Positions 36,478 to 47,728 of a stretch of DNA of 64,000 bases are shown here, one piece after another (within the stretch, counting starts at the first letter, position 1; every line of letters starts with the position of its first letter). The translations under genes and the position numbers were made by a program. The notes beneath the pieces were generated by a model. That model was not told the origin of the DNA. It did no database searches and was given only the letters and a program-made list of their open reading frames with translations. Source of the stretch: Camelus dromedarius (taxonomy: Eukaryota); NCBI RefSeq assembly GCF_036321535.1, contig NC_087436.1, positions 22,880,001 through 22,944,000 of the forward strand. The letters are read 5' to 3'.

Positions 36478-36945
36478 TTATTTTTTAAATCGCATACAGT
36501 AAAATTCATTTTTTTAAACAATCGTATGAGTTTTGACAAGAGTCAGGTACCACCACCACAATCAAGATACAGAAGAGTTTCATCACCCCCCAAAATTCTC
36601 TTGTGCTGCCACTTTGTAGTCAGATCCTTCCCACACCTCCATCCCCTGCCAACCACAGTGCTGTTCTCTGTCCCCATAGCTTTGCCTTTTTCTGGATGCT
36701 GTATGAATGGGATCAGACAGTCTGTAGCCTTTTGCATCTGGCTGCTTCTACTGAACATGAAGCATTTGAGGCTCACCCCCGTGTATCATTAGTTTGCCCC
36801 TGAGCAGCAGTCTTCTCTGTGGATGAGCCACCGTCTGTGTATTCATTCACCACTGAGGACATTGGGGTTGGGGTGATTATAAATACAGCTGCTGTAAACG
36901 TTCATGTACAGGTTGTTGTGTAGACATATGTTTTCATTTCTCTGG
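36478..36945 (-). mobile_element. L1MC/L1MD-like 3' fragment
   Basis: catacagtaaaattcat...accaccacaatcaagatacagaa...tcatcaccccccaaaattc...gctgctgtaaacgttcatgtacaggtt. Confidence 0.85.
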
Positions 36946-37305
36946 AGCATCTCTTGTTTTGAATGGGCATAACTCACTGATTTCCATCCCCTTTTTTACT
37001 TCCTTCCCTCCTGATATAGTCAGAAGGAAGCGTACCAGGTGCAGCTAAAGAACACACAGCCCTAGGCCAGGCAACTTTTCCAGGGCCCCAGGATTCTACT
37101 CTCACACTGTACCACTTAGACTTACATTTGGGGGTTTTGGAGGCAAAAATTGCAATTCCACTGGCGTCAGATGACTGGAGTGGAGCTAGAATTAGCTGTC
37201 CTCTTTCAAATGGGATCATTTTGACCAGTGGAAGGAAGTGTCACTCACTATCATGTGACTGTATTAAGTATTTAAACATAAGCAAAATTTAAATTGTCAA
37301 GAATC

Positions 37306-37653
37306 TTTTTTTTTATTAAAGTATAGTTAATTTACAATGATGTGTTAGTTTCAGATGTACAGCAAAATGATACAGTTATACATACATATATATATATATA
37401 CTTTTTCAGATTCTTTTCCATTATAGGTTCTTATAAGATATTGAATACAGTTCCCTATACTGTACAGTAGGCCCTTGTTTTTTATCTGTTTTATACATAA
37501 TAGTATGTATCTGTTAATCCTATACTCGTAATTTATTTCTCTCCCTGCCCTGCCCCAGCTTTTCCCTTTGGCAACCATGAGTTTGTTTTCTATATCTGTG
37601 AGTATATTTCTGTTTTCTAAATAAGTTCATTTGTACCATTTTCTTAGAGTCCA
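37306..37653 (-). mobile_element. 5'-truncated L1 3' UTR (cetartiodactyl-type)
   Basis: T-tail then agtatagttaatttacaatgatgtgttagtttcagatgtacagcaaa...ttccctttggcaaccatgagtttgttttctat; same family as 6520-7004. Confidence 0.92.
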
Positions 37654-37899
37654 GTGTGGTTTTTCTTTTTAATCAGAGACTTGGAAGTCAGGATCTCAAG
37701 AGGGCCAGCCAATGCCAATTTGACAAAAGAAAAAGTTTTGAAGTTGATAGTGTAAATAAAGTCAGGAATGGAGATCAGGGTCCACTGACTTGAAGGTGCT
37801 AATAAATAAATTCTGCAATAGGAAAAATACATGAAGAATAGAAACCCCAGTTTGAAACTTTGACAGAAACACACATACTATGACGATAAGGGGGCCAAA

Positions 37900-38700
37900 C
37901 CCTGAGTGACTGGTTAAATCAAATCAGATTAGCTTGTACCTTAGAATCTGTGGCCTCATCTTAGGCTTGAACTCAAGGAAGAGATAGTAAACATCTTATT
38001 TTCAGAGAAAATGCAAAGAAAAACTGAATATCACTGATATAACTTTAAAAAAAAAATTTTCATTATAGAAATGGGAAGTAGGCCTGACTAAAGACTGGTA
38101 GAGAGGAGAAATGAATTTGGAGCAAGTAACAAACAGCAAAAGGCATTAGAGCAAAGTTTGCAAAGTCTGGAAAAGACTGGAAACGACCTATACATGTCAG
38201 CTTATGCTGTACAATTTTAGAAAACATCAAAGAAATCTTTAAAGAGTTGCTTCTATCCGCATTTCACAAAATATATGCAGTCTGTTCATGGGCATTGTAT
38301 CCTTGCACATTTTTATGAAAACAAGTGACTGGCTAGTATTATTTTCCAATCAGATCTAGAAAAAAATGTTTTTAAAGAGAAAATGTTCTTATGCCAGAGA
38401 TTTTTTCCCACCAAACTTCATGTAAGGAAAAGTAGAAAGGAATGATGGCAAGTTTTTTAAAGTACTAGGAATAAAAGTATTTTGAAAAGCCCAATGTAAA
38501 AAAATTTTAAGTCCTATTTCAATTAGATGCAACTCAAATTATATAGAAAAGCAGTATGTCAAAAGTCATCATGAATATAAAAATTGCATTGGGGAAAAAT
38601 AAAACTAGAGATTTTCAATGTGATCTATAATATAAAGGAGAAGTTCAGGGGAAAATATAGTAAAATGTTGAACTTTTTATTAGACTGAGGTTAAAAGGTA
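37900..38700 (+). mobile_element. Possible very old L1/HAL1 ORF1 relic
   Basis: A-rich block with atggcaagttttttaaagtactagg, which resembles the ORF1 W..IFKVL motif; weak. Confidence 0.3.
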
Positions 38701-38823
38701 TAATTCCAATTAGTAAAGAGCAATGGGTATCAGTTATACCCTCAAATTTTTAGCTGCTTATTCTTTTGTTTTGAGAGTCACTTCAAGATGGACTTTTTTT
38801 ACTTGATTGTTGTTGGGCTAAAC

Positions 38824-39047
38824 CAGGGGTCAGCAGATTGTGGCCCAGTTTGAGAGCCAAATCCGGCCCACCACCCATTTTGGTAAATAAAGTTTTACTG
38901 GAACACAGCCACACCCATCTGTTTAGGCATCGTTGAGAGCTGCTCACTCCCTCTAGTGCAGAGTTAAGCCGTCTACGCAACAGATTATATGGTCCACGAA
39001 GCCTAAAATATTTACCTTCTGACTGCCCAGGAGTCGGCCCACTCTTA
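38824..39047 (+). mobile_element. MER58A hAT-Charlie MITE
   Basis: caggggtcagca...gccaaatccggcccacc...gtaaataaagttttactggaacacagccacaccca...gaagcctaaaatatttac. Confidence 0.9.
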
Positions 39048-39349
39048 CCCTAGAGGCAGCCCGAAACCAGGGCTAGCCTTGGTTGGGAGATTTTGGTCTA
39101 GATTCGGTTTTTTAGGACCAAGATCTTGATTTGCATCCAGGGAGACTGAATCTCAGTAACAAAAAGGGGAGACTCTAAGCTGCAAGAATTCCAGTTTGTC
39201 AGTTTACAGTCAGAAATTTAGTTGCCAAGGGAAGTGGAATACTCAGCGTGCTGGTCAGTGGACAGTCTCTTTTCACTGAACAAATGGTATTGGGACGGTT
39301 GTCTGGGTGTGTGAGAGCAGTGGGAGGGGTTAGCTGACTGGATGACCCG

Positions 39350-39817
39350 ACCAGCTGAAGCCTTGCTCTCCATCATCTGCCAGTCAGCTGTCAGAACCAC
39401 CGCCCACCCTTCCTGTATCCCACGAGCATCCCAGGGTCCTTGCCGGCTGGTTTCCAGGCAGATTTGACAATGGGAAGCACTGATGGAGCAGGTCTAGGAG
39501 AAGCCAGGATATTTCTCTGTCATTACGATCTGGGTAGCATCTCTGGAGTGTTTTGTCTGTTTTGTGGCTTCTCTCCACTGGGCAGCCTTACCTTTGGGTC
39601 TAGATCCTACAAGCCAGCCCCAACCTCTGGGCTTTAATAACATACTCCTTCTTACTTCTCCAGTCCCAGGAGTGGTAGAAACTTCCTGCAAATGCTAATC
39701 TCTAGGTGGCCTCTAACTCCCCTGTTTACTTTTCACCTTTCCCTTGTGAACCAGTTTCCTTTGTTTGAAATACTGAGAGCGGTTTCTGTTTTTCAAACAT
39801 GACCCTGACGGATAGAG
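39350..39817 (+). mobile_element. ERVL-type LTR fragment (LTR33/LTR41-like)
   Basis: 3' end ctttgtttgaaatactgagagcggtttctgtttt...gaccctgacggataga resembles ERVL LTR termini; 5' boundary uncertain. Confidence 0.6.
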
Positions 39818-40639
39818 GCATCTAGCCCGCCATCAAGAATAATCCTGGAGTCACCGGTTCACATTCTGCCCATCAGGTTCCCCCGGCCCTCTCCTGTCAG
39901 CTGTCTGCGGTAATGCCGCACAACCAGCTAGGCCAGCTTACCTGCCAGCCATTGTGGCTGTGACCTGCATGGTGCCAAAACCCAGTTCTCTGCTTGAAGG
40001 TTGTTGCTTACTATCAGCCGCTTCTTAATAGATTGTATTCACTGGGTATTATTTTAACAGTAATGTGTTCTCAAAGTTCAAGTTCAGTAATTACACTGAA
40101 TTATGCCATGGTCTCTGTATACTGGCTGCACTTTCCTTCACTGCCTTCAAACTACCAGATCCTTCGGCTTGCCCCAGAAGTCCAGGCTGGGGAGAGTCCC
40201 ACAGACAGTCGTCCACTCCCAGAATCTTCACCCTGCCTGGTGCTGCAGCTGCCTGAGCTGAACACTGTCAGGTCCCACCAGCTTCTGGTTCTTTCCCAGG
40301 CCCCTGCCCCTGCCCTCTCTTAGCCTGGACAACCCTATTCATCCATCATATCTTTGCTAGAACGTCTATCTTACTTGCATTTCTGGTCTTCCATGGAGCT
40401 CAGGTGGTAGAGATGAGTACCAGATCAATTGATCAGACAAAAAAAAATAATCATGTGGAATTTAAATTGAAAAATGAGACTTGTCTGCCATATCCCCCCA
40501 GGCTTTTTCACTGAGCACCACATTTCAGTTGGCTGCTAGGATCCATGTAGCAATGCAGGTGATAAATTTAAAAAACAGTGGTTAAGTATTGTAAGTCATA
40601 ATTAATGATGAATAGCCTAGTCCTTTCTCTTTTCTGAGT

Positions 40640-40790
40640 CTTTTATTCATAGTATCTCATCTTATTCTGCATCCCCCATGAGCTGGGAGTGGAGTAGGTG
40701 GCATTATTGCTGTGTTCCAACAAGTAAGAAACTGAGACACAAGGATCTCAGATGCAGATAAGAGTTGATCTTCTGACGTTTTACCTCAGG
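40640..40790 (-). mobile_element. MIR fragment
   Basis: atctcatcttattctgcatcccccatgag...caagtaagaaactgagacacaagg. Confidence 0.6.
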
Positions 40791-41924
40791 GATGAGGCTT
40801 GAGATGTTTGCTTTGGATCCAAAGCAGAGGAGTTGCCTGGTCAGATCTCAAGATCGCCCCCTTGAGTTCTTGTCTCTGGGATGGTCACGGCCGCTTTCCG
40901 TGGCTCTTCCAGAAAGCTGAGACTGGCTGCAGCTGCCCTGGGGGGGTGCCACTTCCCCCCATCCAAGGCTCTTTCCACTCCAGTTGCTTCTTCTTCTTCC
41001 TCTTCTCTTCTGCTGGGTCCCGTGTCGCTAGCTCTGCCACAGTAGCTGTGGTTAACATCCCCACTGACCAATACAACACCCTGATTCCTGAGAACTCAGG
41101 GGTAGCAGAACCAGTGTGGACAGTCCTCTGTGATGGCTTAACTATCAAACAAGGTGGATAATATTGACAAATATAAAGCATAAGGGAGAAACTTTCAGTG
41201 GAGAAGGTGTAGTGATTCAAAACAATACAACTTCATTGTTTTTAAATATTGAAGCTCTCTTTGCTTTAGGGCTGTGACTCTTAGGGGTGATTTAGCAAGA
41301 AGGAGCCAGACTGGATATGATGCTGTCCTGCTCATAGGTCATGGTGGCGCACTGAGGAGAAATCGAACAAAAATCAGGTTGAGAACTGACGTTAACTTGG
41401 GGCAGGGATGGTACGGGCATACCTCTCATATCTGTCTATTTTATAATTTACAGTTTTCAAAAGTTTATACAAAAACTATTTTAAAATGCAATTCTATTTG
41501 TGAGTGCCTTTTTATATGCTACTTGATGGTATACAGATATTACATCACTGATATTACAGAGTTAGCATGTTCAATAAAAGCAACTTAATAGATGTATTTT
41601 GAATGCATACGTAACTCTTCCTTTCTTTTTTGTTCCACTAAAAACACACATGCCCGAACCACAAAACGCTATAGAAACGGACGTTAGAATCATCGTTCTG
41701 CACTATCTCTATTAACATATGGCAACTGGCTGTGACTCTGTAGAGACCCTCAGCCGCAACAAGGTTTGTGATAACGCAGTGTCTGTTTTCCAGAAGTGGT
41801 CAGTGGGTAGCAAAAATTTTCATCCTTTCATAAGATAAAGCACATTTATCTGTCCCTTTCAACATATAAAACACTCTCCCTGTTGCAACAGTTCCTTTTG
41901 ATACCATTGCATCGTTGTGGGTGA

Positions 41925-42091
41925 TTAAGGTCCTCAGTGCTAGTGCCCGGGACCATTTCTGCCCCAGTGTGTTCATGCAGAGTCTCAGCGTCAGTGCAGA
42001 GTCTCAGACCCCAGACATACTAAATCAGAATCTGCATTTTAACAAGATCCCCTAGGTGGTTCAAATGCACATTGAAATTTGAATAGCACGG
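41925..42091. mobile_element. MER5-family hAT-Charlie MITE
   Basis: ccagacatactaaatcagaatctgcattttaacaagatcccctaggtggttcaaatgcacattgaaatttgaatagcac; internal 13-bp duplication tgcagagtctcag at 41976 and 41995. Confidence 0.85.
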
Positions 42092-42670
42092 CCCTAGAAG
42101 TTGCTTGGAAGTGTGGCAGAGTCTCCCACTTGTATTTTTCTTCTCCTGTGAAAATAACAAGTAAATGCTCCCCGGGCTCATAGGTGCCAGCCCTGGCTCT
42201 CTAGCTTTTGGGCTTTGGAACTGTGCAGATGCGGTGCTGGCACGATTTCAGCAGTGAATGGTCTTTATTCTGAAGGAACAAGGCTCTCGTCCTGATCTCT
42301 TTCAATTAAAACGTCTGTACTTCCTAAAAGTGTGTGGGTGCTCTGTCACCCATGAAACTATCCCTGTGCCTCCTGGCACACATCCCTTCAGGAGCTGTAG
42401 AAAGCTGTACTTTCATAGGAGACTGTTCCACACTCAGAAACCTCATATTTAGACTTGTACCATATTTTAAATCAATTAAACTCTAGGCCAAATGTTTCTT
42501 GCTTTTTCCAGCAAGAAATCACCTTCTTCCCCCTTCTCTTACTTCCTCTCTCACTACCTGCCTTTATTTTCTTCCTTTTCCTTTTTCCTTTTTTTTTTCC
42601 TGTTGACAATGCAGAAGTATTCAAGGTCTTAAGCTCTTAAGGATGAAGCTGGAAATGCTACACAATTTTC

Positions 42671-42835
42671 TTTTTTTAATTGAAATGCAGCCAACACATA
42701 CTATTCTGGTAGTTTCAGTTATACTGCTTGGTTATGTGATATCTGCGTATAGTATGAAACGATCACCGCATTGAGTCTAGGAACCATCTTTCCCCAGATG
42801 GAGTTATTACAGTATGATTGACCATATTCCACTGT
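42671..42835 (-). mobile_element. Short L1MA-like 3' end
   Basis: tttttttaattgaaat...tagtttcag...atgaaacgatcacc...gtctaggaaccatc...gttattacagtatgattgaccatattcc. Confidence 0.7.
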
Positions 42836-45779
42836 TCAGTCTTCTTCTTCCGTTTTTTAAAAGACAAAATCCACCAGTAATAACCTGGGGAATACTTTTT
42901 TGTTTGCTTGATCTCACTGCTAAAGCTTGTCACATAAAAATTTGAGTGACAGAAACCAGTTAGCTCATGGAGAAGAATGTATCTTGACTCTATCTCGATG
43001 GTAGTAACATATCTTATTTGTGAATTTTTCCATAGAGATCCTTAAGTTCTACCTATATCCTCAGATGATTGCAAAATTCTTTTATTTGGCTTCATCTCTG
43101 GGCTTCTTGAGACATTTTCCATCTTAGTATAAAAAACTTTTAGGAGAAATTACTCTCTTTGAACTGGAAAATGGGAATCAAAGGTGAAAGCTTTGAAACA
43201 CCGTCTTTTGGTACTTTGTTGTTGGGTCACTTGGCAAGTAACCAAATAATTATGTGATGCTATTGGCCAATCATGAAAACCAATGTAGATCATTAGGAGC
43301 AAGGAGTTTTTTTCCCCACCAGCAAGAAGATAACATGCCCTGAATTTAATCAAGGTGCACCTGCTCTGGTTTTGACCATGTCAAAACAGGCACTAAATGC
43401 TCAGTCTAGAACTTTCTGGTGTTTGCATGTTAGATTGTTTCTAACATGTTATAGACAGACCCAGCCGCAGACTTTGGATGAATCCAAAAAATAACCTGTC
43501 AACTCATTGCCTGAGCTGCAGTAAAGTTGATCTATTTGTGGTACTTCTGATAGGACTGACCTGTTTTCTCTCTTAAAAAAAATAACTTGGAATGCTAATA
43601 GCTTAAGAATGACTCCAAACTTCTACAAAAATTGACAACTTCAATCACTCTATATACATTTTTTAATAAATAATAAGCAGTTAGTATTCTAACAGCAGAT
43701 TATTTTGTCTGTTATTAAAGCAATTCCACATGAAGGTGGAATTAGGCAAGCCATAACTTATTTGCAAGTAATTAATCTGAAGTTATTTAAAAACATGTAT
43801 ATAGTGGGTACTCAGTATTAATAATTCAGACTTTACACTAATTTACATTAGTTGTCAACCAAGTCTTCTACATTATTTATATTTTGTAGTTTTGTGTGTC
43901 TTTAGTGTTTTGGGAAAAGATCTGCTTTGCAAAAATTTGTAAAAATATTCAGACAGATTTAATATTACAGAGACCTTTCAGTTTCACAAACTGTCATAGC
44001 CCAGGGCTAAGTAAGGTGCTATAGCCCTTTGCTTAGAAAATTTTAGAACACATATGTTTGATTTAAAATAAAACATTTCGATGTGAGTTCTTGATATAGA
44101 TAACTGCTTTAGTATAAAAATGAATTTGTACTTAAAATACTTTGGAAGTGTAAACTAACTAAAACATTCCATAAAGGTGGCACTGATATCTTTTTTTAGA
44201 TTAGGCTTCAGTGTCTGAATGGCTCTTTCCTCACTTGCTCACAGTTTGAAGGTCCCTTTTAACACCTTCTCCATAGAAAGGAAACGTAGATATTGCTGCA
44301 AAGAATAAACTGACCTGACAGAACATGGAGATTATCTGCTTCTGAAATGTGAAGTGCAATCTGTAGAATGCTAAAATTACTGAAAAACGGATTCATGTTT
44401 TTTACACACACACTGAACAAACGATAGCTTTTAACAGCTGGACCTCACTCTACCCTTCCTGCATCCAGGGGAGAAGGGTCATAAGGAGAAATAATTTAAC
44501 AGTAGGAGGAGGAAGTTCATGCTGATCCATCTCTTTCCAAATTGAACGCACTTGGATCGGATGAATCAAATAACATTGAGAAGGGTTAGGAGATAATCAC
44601 AGTGAAGAGATTGGGAAGATGAAACTACCCAGGCAGGGAGAATGCCTGCAATGAATTATTTCAACATGAGCAGCTTCAGGAAAGCCAGCCTTTTCTGAGG
44701 TTACTGTGTGAAGATATGGGTTTCCAGCCAATTTCAGCGTCCAGATGGAGATGGGTGTACTAGTTGCACACCGTCTCTATTTGGGGGATCATATGTGGGT
44801 CGCATGACTTGGAGTGGTTAGATGGAGGGCATACGTGTTGAAGGAACTGGAGTTCGATAGACAATTGGAGTGAATGAACATGGGTCTCATACCCCAGTGA
44901 TCTTGAGGATATCAAAGCCAGTTTTTCTGATGTTTGACCTCTTGTGAAATATTACTGTTAAATTACTGAGTCTATCTTTAGAGTGAATTATAATGAATTT
45001 CTTCTTAGAGCATTTACACCCTAATCCACTGCCCTTTCAAGTTAGCCTTTCATTAGGAGCCATCTCTTAATGGTTTCCTAACAGCCACTGGTATAGAAAA
45101 CTAGAAATATATTATAAACAGGAAGGATTTTTTCCCCCTATACTTAATTCTAGGAACTGTCTCTGTTTCAGTATTTTAAAAAGTATTTTCCTGTTTTGAG
45201 AGGGTGGGTCAGAAACATTCAGATATAGTCTCAGGGAATTCCTTTATGTTGTGTGTTTCTCCCTCACACTTTGCTTCGCTGCCTCTGCCTCTCACACACT
45301 GATCCCAAGTTTGTGACAGCCCCACACCTCAGATCACAGTAACCCAGATGCAAGCATCCTCTCCTCAAACTAGAGAAGCAGGTTGATCTGGAGACATTGA
45401 GCCCTGTGATAGACAGAGAACTTGTTTAAGAACCATCGGTCAGGCTGTTGAACTTGTAACTTAAAAAAACCACATCGCGGTGTCAAGCCCTCAGCCTTGC
45501 CTTTAATTCAACAAATCATCCTTAAGAGAGACTACCTACTTCCCATTCCCCCCCTCCACGTTACTACTTTTTGTTTTTGGCTTTTATTTTGTCATTGGTT
45601 CTTTTTTTAATATGAGTATAATGGAAATATCACTAATTCACTTTTTTAATGAAGGAAAAGCAACACCCAAGATGTTCTAGTCATCACCCTTGACCTCACC
45701 ATATCCACAGGCTGTAGGCCACAATAGAAACATACATAGCCAATGATGCTTAAGCTTTCCCGAGTGCCTACTGTGTGGG

Positions 45780-46002
45780 TAGGCAGACTAGTGTGATTTC
45801 CTTTTTTAGTCCACAAAGATTCATATCCCACCTCTGCCACTTACTTGCTGTGTGGCCTTGGTTTTCTTAGATGTAAAGTGAGGGAACTGGTATTTTTTAC
45901 CACATAGGGGTGTTGCCAGCATTGAATTTGTTAAAGCATGCTAAGTGCTTAGAGTAGCACCTGCCACACGGCAAATGTTCAGTATGTCTTTTCTGATTAT
46001 TA
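45780..46002 (+). mobile_element. MIR SINE
   Basis: atcccacctctgccacttacttgctgtgtggccttgg...aagtgcttagagtagcacctgccacac. Confidence 0.85.
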
Positions 46003-46479
46003 AGTAGAGCTTTAAAAGTAAAGAAGAAAGAATAAAAAGAAATGTTGAGGTTGTTTGGTTTAGTCAGTTGCTTGGTTGTTTTTTTAACTTTGATTATATC
46101 CGTTTACGGAGCTCAGTCAGTTGCTTAGGACTTTTTGTCATGGATTCATTGTAAAGTCATTCTTATAGTTCAGTGAGCAAGAAAGGCTAAAGGCAAAACC
46201 TGCAACTCAAATAAAGAGTATGACTACTTGTTACTCAATTTTGGTAATTACAAACCCCCCAACTATCACAATCAGAGACACGCACACACACCAGGACACA
46301 TCCACATTCTAAACTGTGAGAATCTGTAAAATCTGCAAAGGAAAGAATATTTATTTTTGTATCCCTGGAGTCTGGCATAATAACTTGTCCAGTAGCATGT
46401 TCTAAATAAGCAGATCCTTTTTACTTATAGTCCCGGTTTTGTCAGATCCTTCTTGAAGAACTGAAATAAAATGATGTCA

Positions 46480-47300
46480 GCTCCGAAGCAGCACCTTTCA
46501 CCTGTGACTGGTGGAAATGTGAGATGGGACATTCTTTCAGAAAAGCAATTTGCTTATTTTTATTAAGAACTTTAAAATAAAAAAAAAATTTTTTAAAAGA
46601 ACTTTAAAAATAATTTGTATTACCAATTTAACTTTTGAGACTCTATCATAAGGAAATTATTTTGCTTTCTGTACAAAGATACTTGTCTGCAGTTGCTTAT
46701 CAAAAAATAAAAACTTTGACACACATAACTGTAAGGACAGAAAGGGGATGATTTAGGAAACCTTGTATGCTTGAGTAGAATTTAAAATCTGTGTCCCTTT
46801 GGGAGGCAGATCCTTTAGTTTTAAAATTTGGTTTATATCAATTGAGGTAGCATCTACATAATACAGATCCTTTTGTGAGGAGGTGGAATATACTATCAAT
46901 GAACTAATTTGCTAATAACTCACTTAATGCAGCATCTATATGAATAAATTTATGAATGAATGGGTCATTACAATTTTTACAAAGATTCTTTTTTAAAAAA
47001 CAACAAATATAACATTATCTGTTAAAAAAAAAACAACAAACCCAGAATACAAAATTGCTAATACAGTTGAATCTCAACTATCTGAAGAATGTGTAAAAAC
47101 AAGGTCAGCTGGCTGGATGCCATGTTGTTCAAAGGTGCTACTTCTAAGCTGAATATTATGAATGATTTTCAACCCAAGTGCTTTATACACATTTATACCT
47201 TCCAAACCGGCTATCGTCTGTGTCTGTGTATGTGTATGTCTGTGTGTATTTTCTTTTATAATACAAAGAAACTTAAAACAATAACAATTTTACATAAAAC
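46480..47300 (+). mobile_element. Fragmented L1ME-like relic (hosts duplication copy A)
   Basis: gactggtggaaatgtgagatgg...ttcagaaaagcaatttgc...tttgagactctatcataaggaaat; continues with cagaatacaaaattg after 46930. Confidence 0.5.
46779..46927 (+). repeat. Diverged direct duplication, copy A
   Basis: Collinear by-eye alignment to 47580-47728: tttaaaatct..tttggg..tccttta..aaatttggtttat..atcaattga.gtag..taat.cagat.cttttgtgag.agg.ggaatat.ctat..attt.ctaat.actca.ttaa. Confidence 0.9.
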
Positions 47301-47579
47301 CCCAAAAGGAAAATACCATCTCATGCATTTAAGAAATAGATTTTGCTATAGTTTTCCTTACTTGAATTTTGTATCTATCTTTACCTTGGGCATGATATAT
47401 TTCATTTTCTCTTTTCGCTTTAAAAAGTTTGATTTTCTACTGTAGTATAAAAATAAGTCTCCCAAATCTTCAAATTTTAAGAAGTCGAAAGATAACAGGT
47501 TATTGAGAAAAGTGTGCTTATTACAATTCTGCAGCTCATAATTATCTGATTGATTCTCTTTCCTTAAATGCTTCAATAA

Positions 47580-47728
47580 ATTTTAAAATCTATATATTTG
47601 GGGAGACATTTCCTTTACTTGAAATTTGGTTTATTTATATCAATTGAAGTAGAGCCTGCTTAATTCAGATTCTTTTGTGAGTAGGCGGAATATGCTATAA
47701 TAGGCAGATTTACTAATGACTCATTTAA
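47580..47728 (+). repeat. Diverged direct duplication, copy B
   Basis: Partner of 46779-46927. Confidence 0.9.

Noticed and set aside
46843..46864. let-7-like miRNA (TGAGGTAG)
   Set aside because: Only the first 8 nt match, no complementary hairpin arm is visible, and duplication copy B has TGAAGTAG
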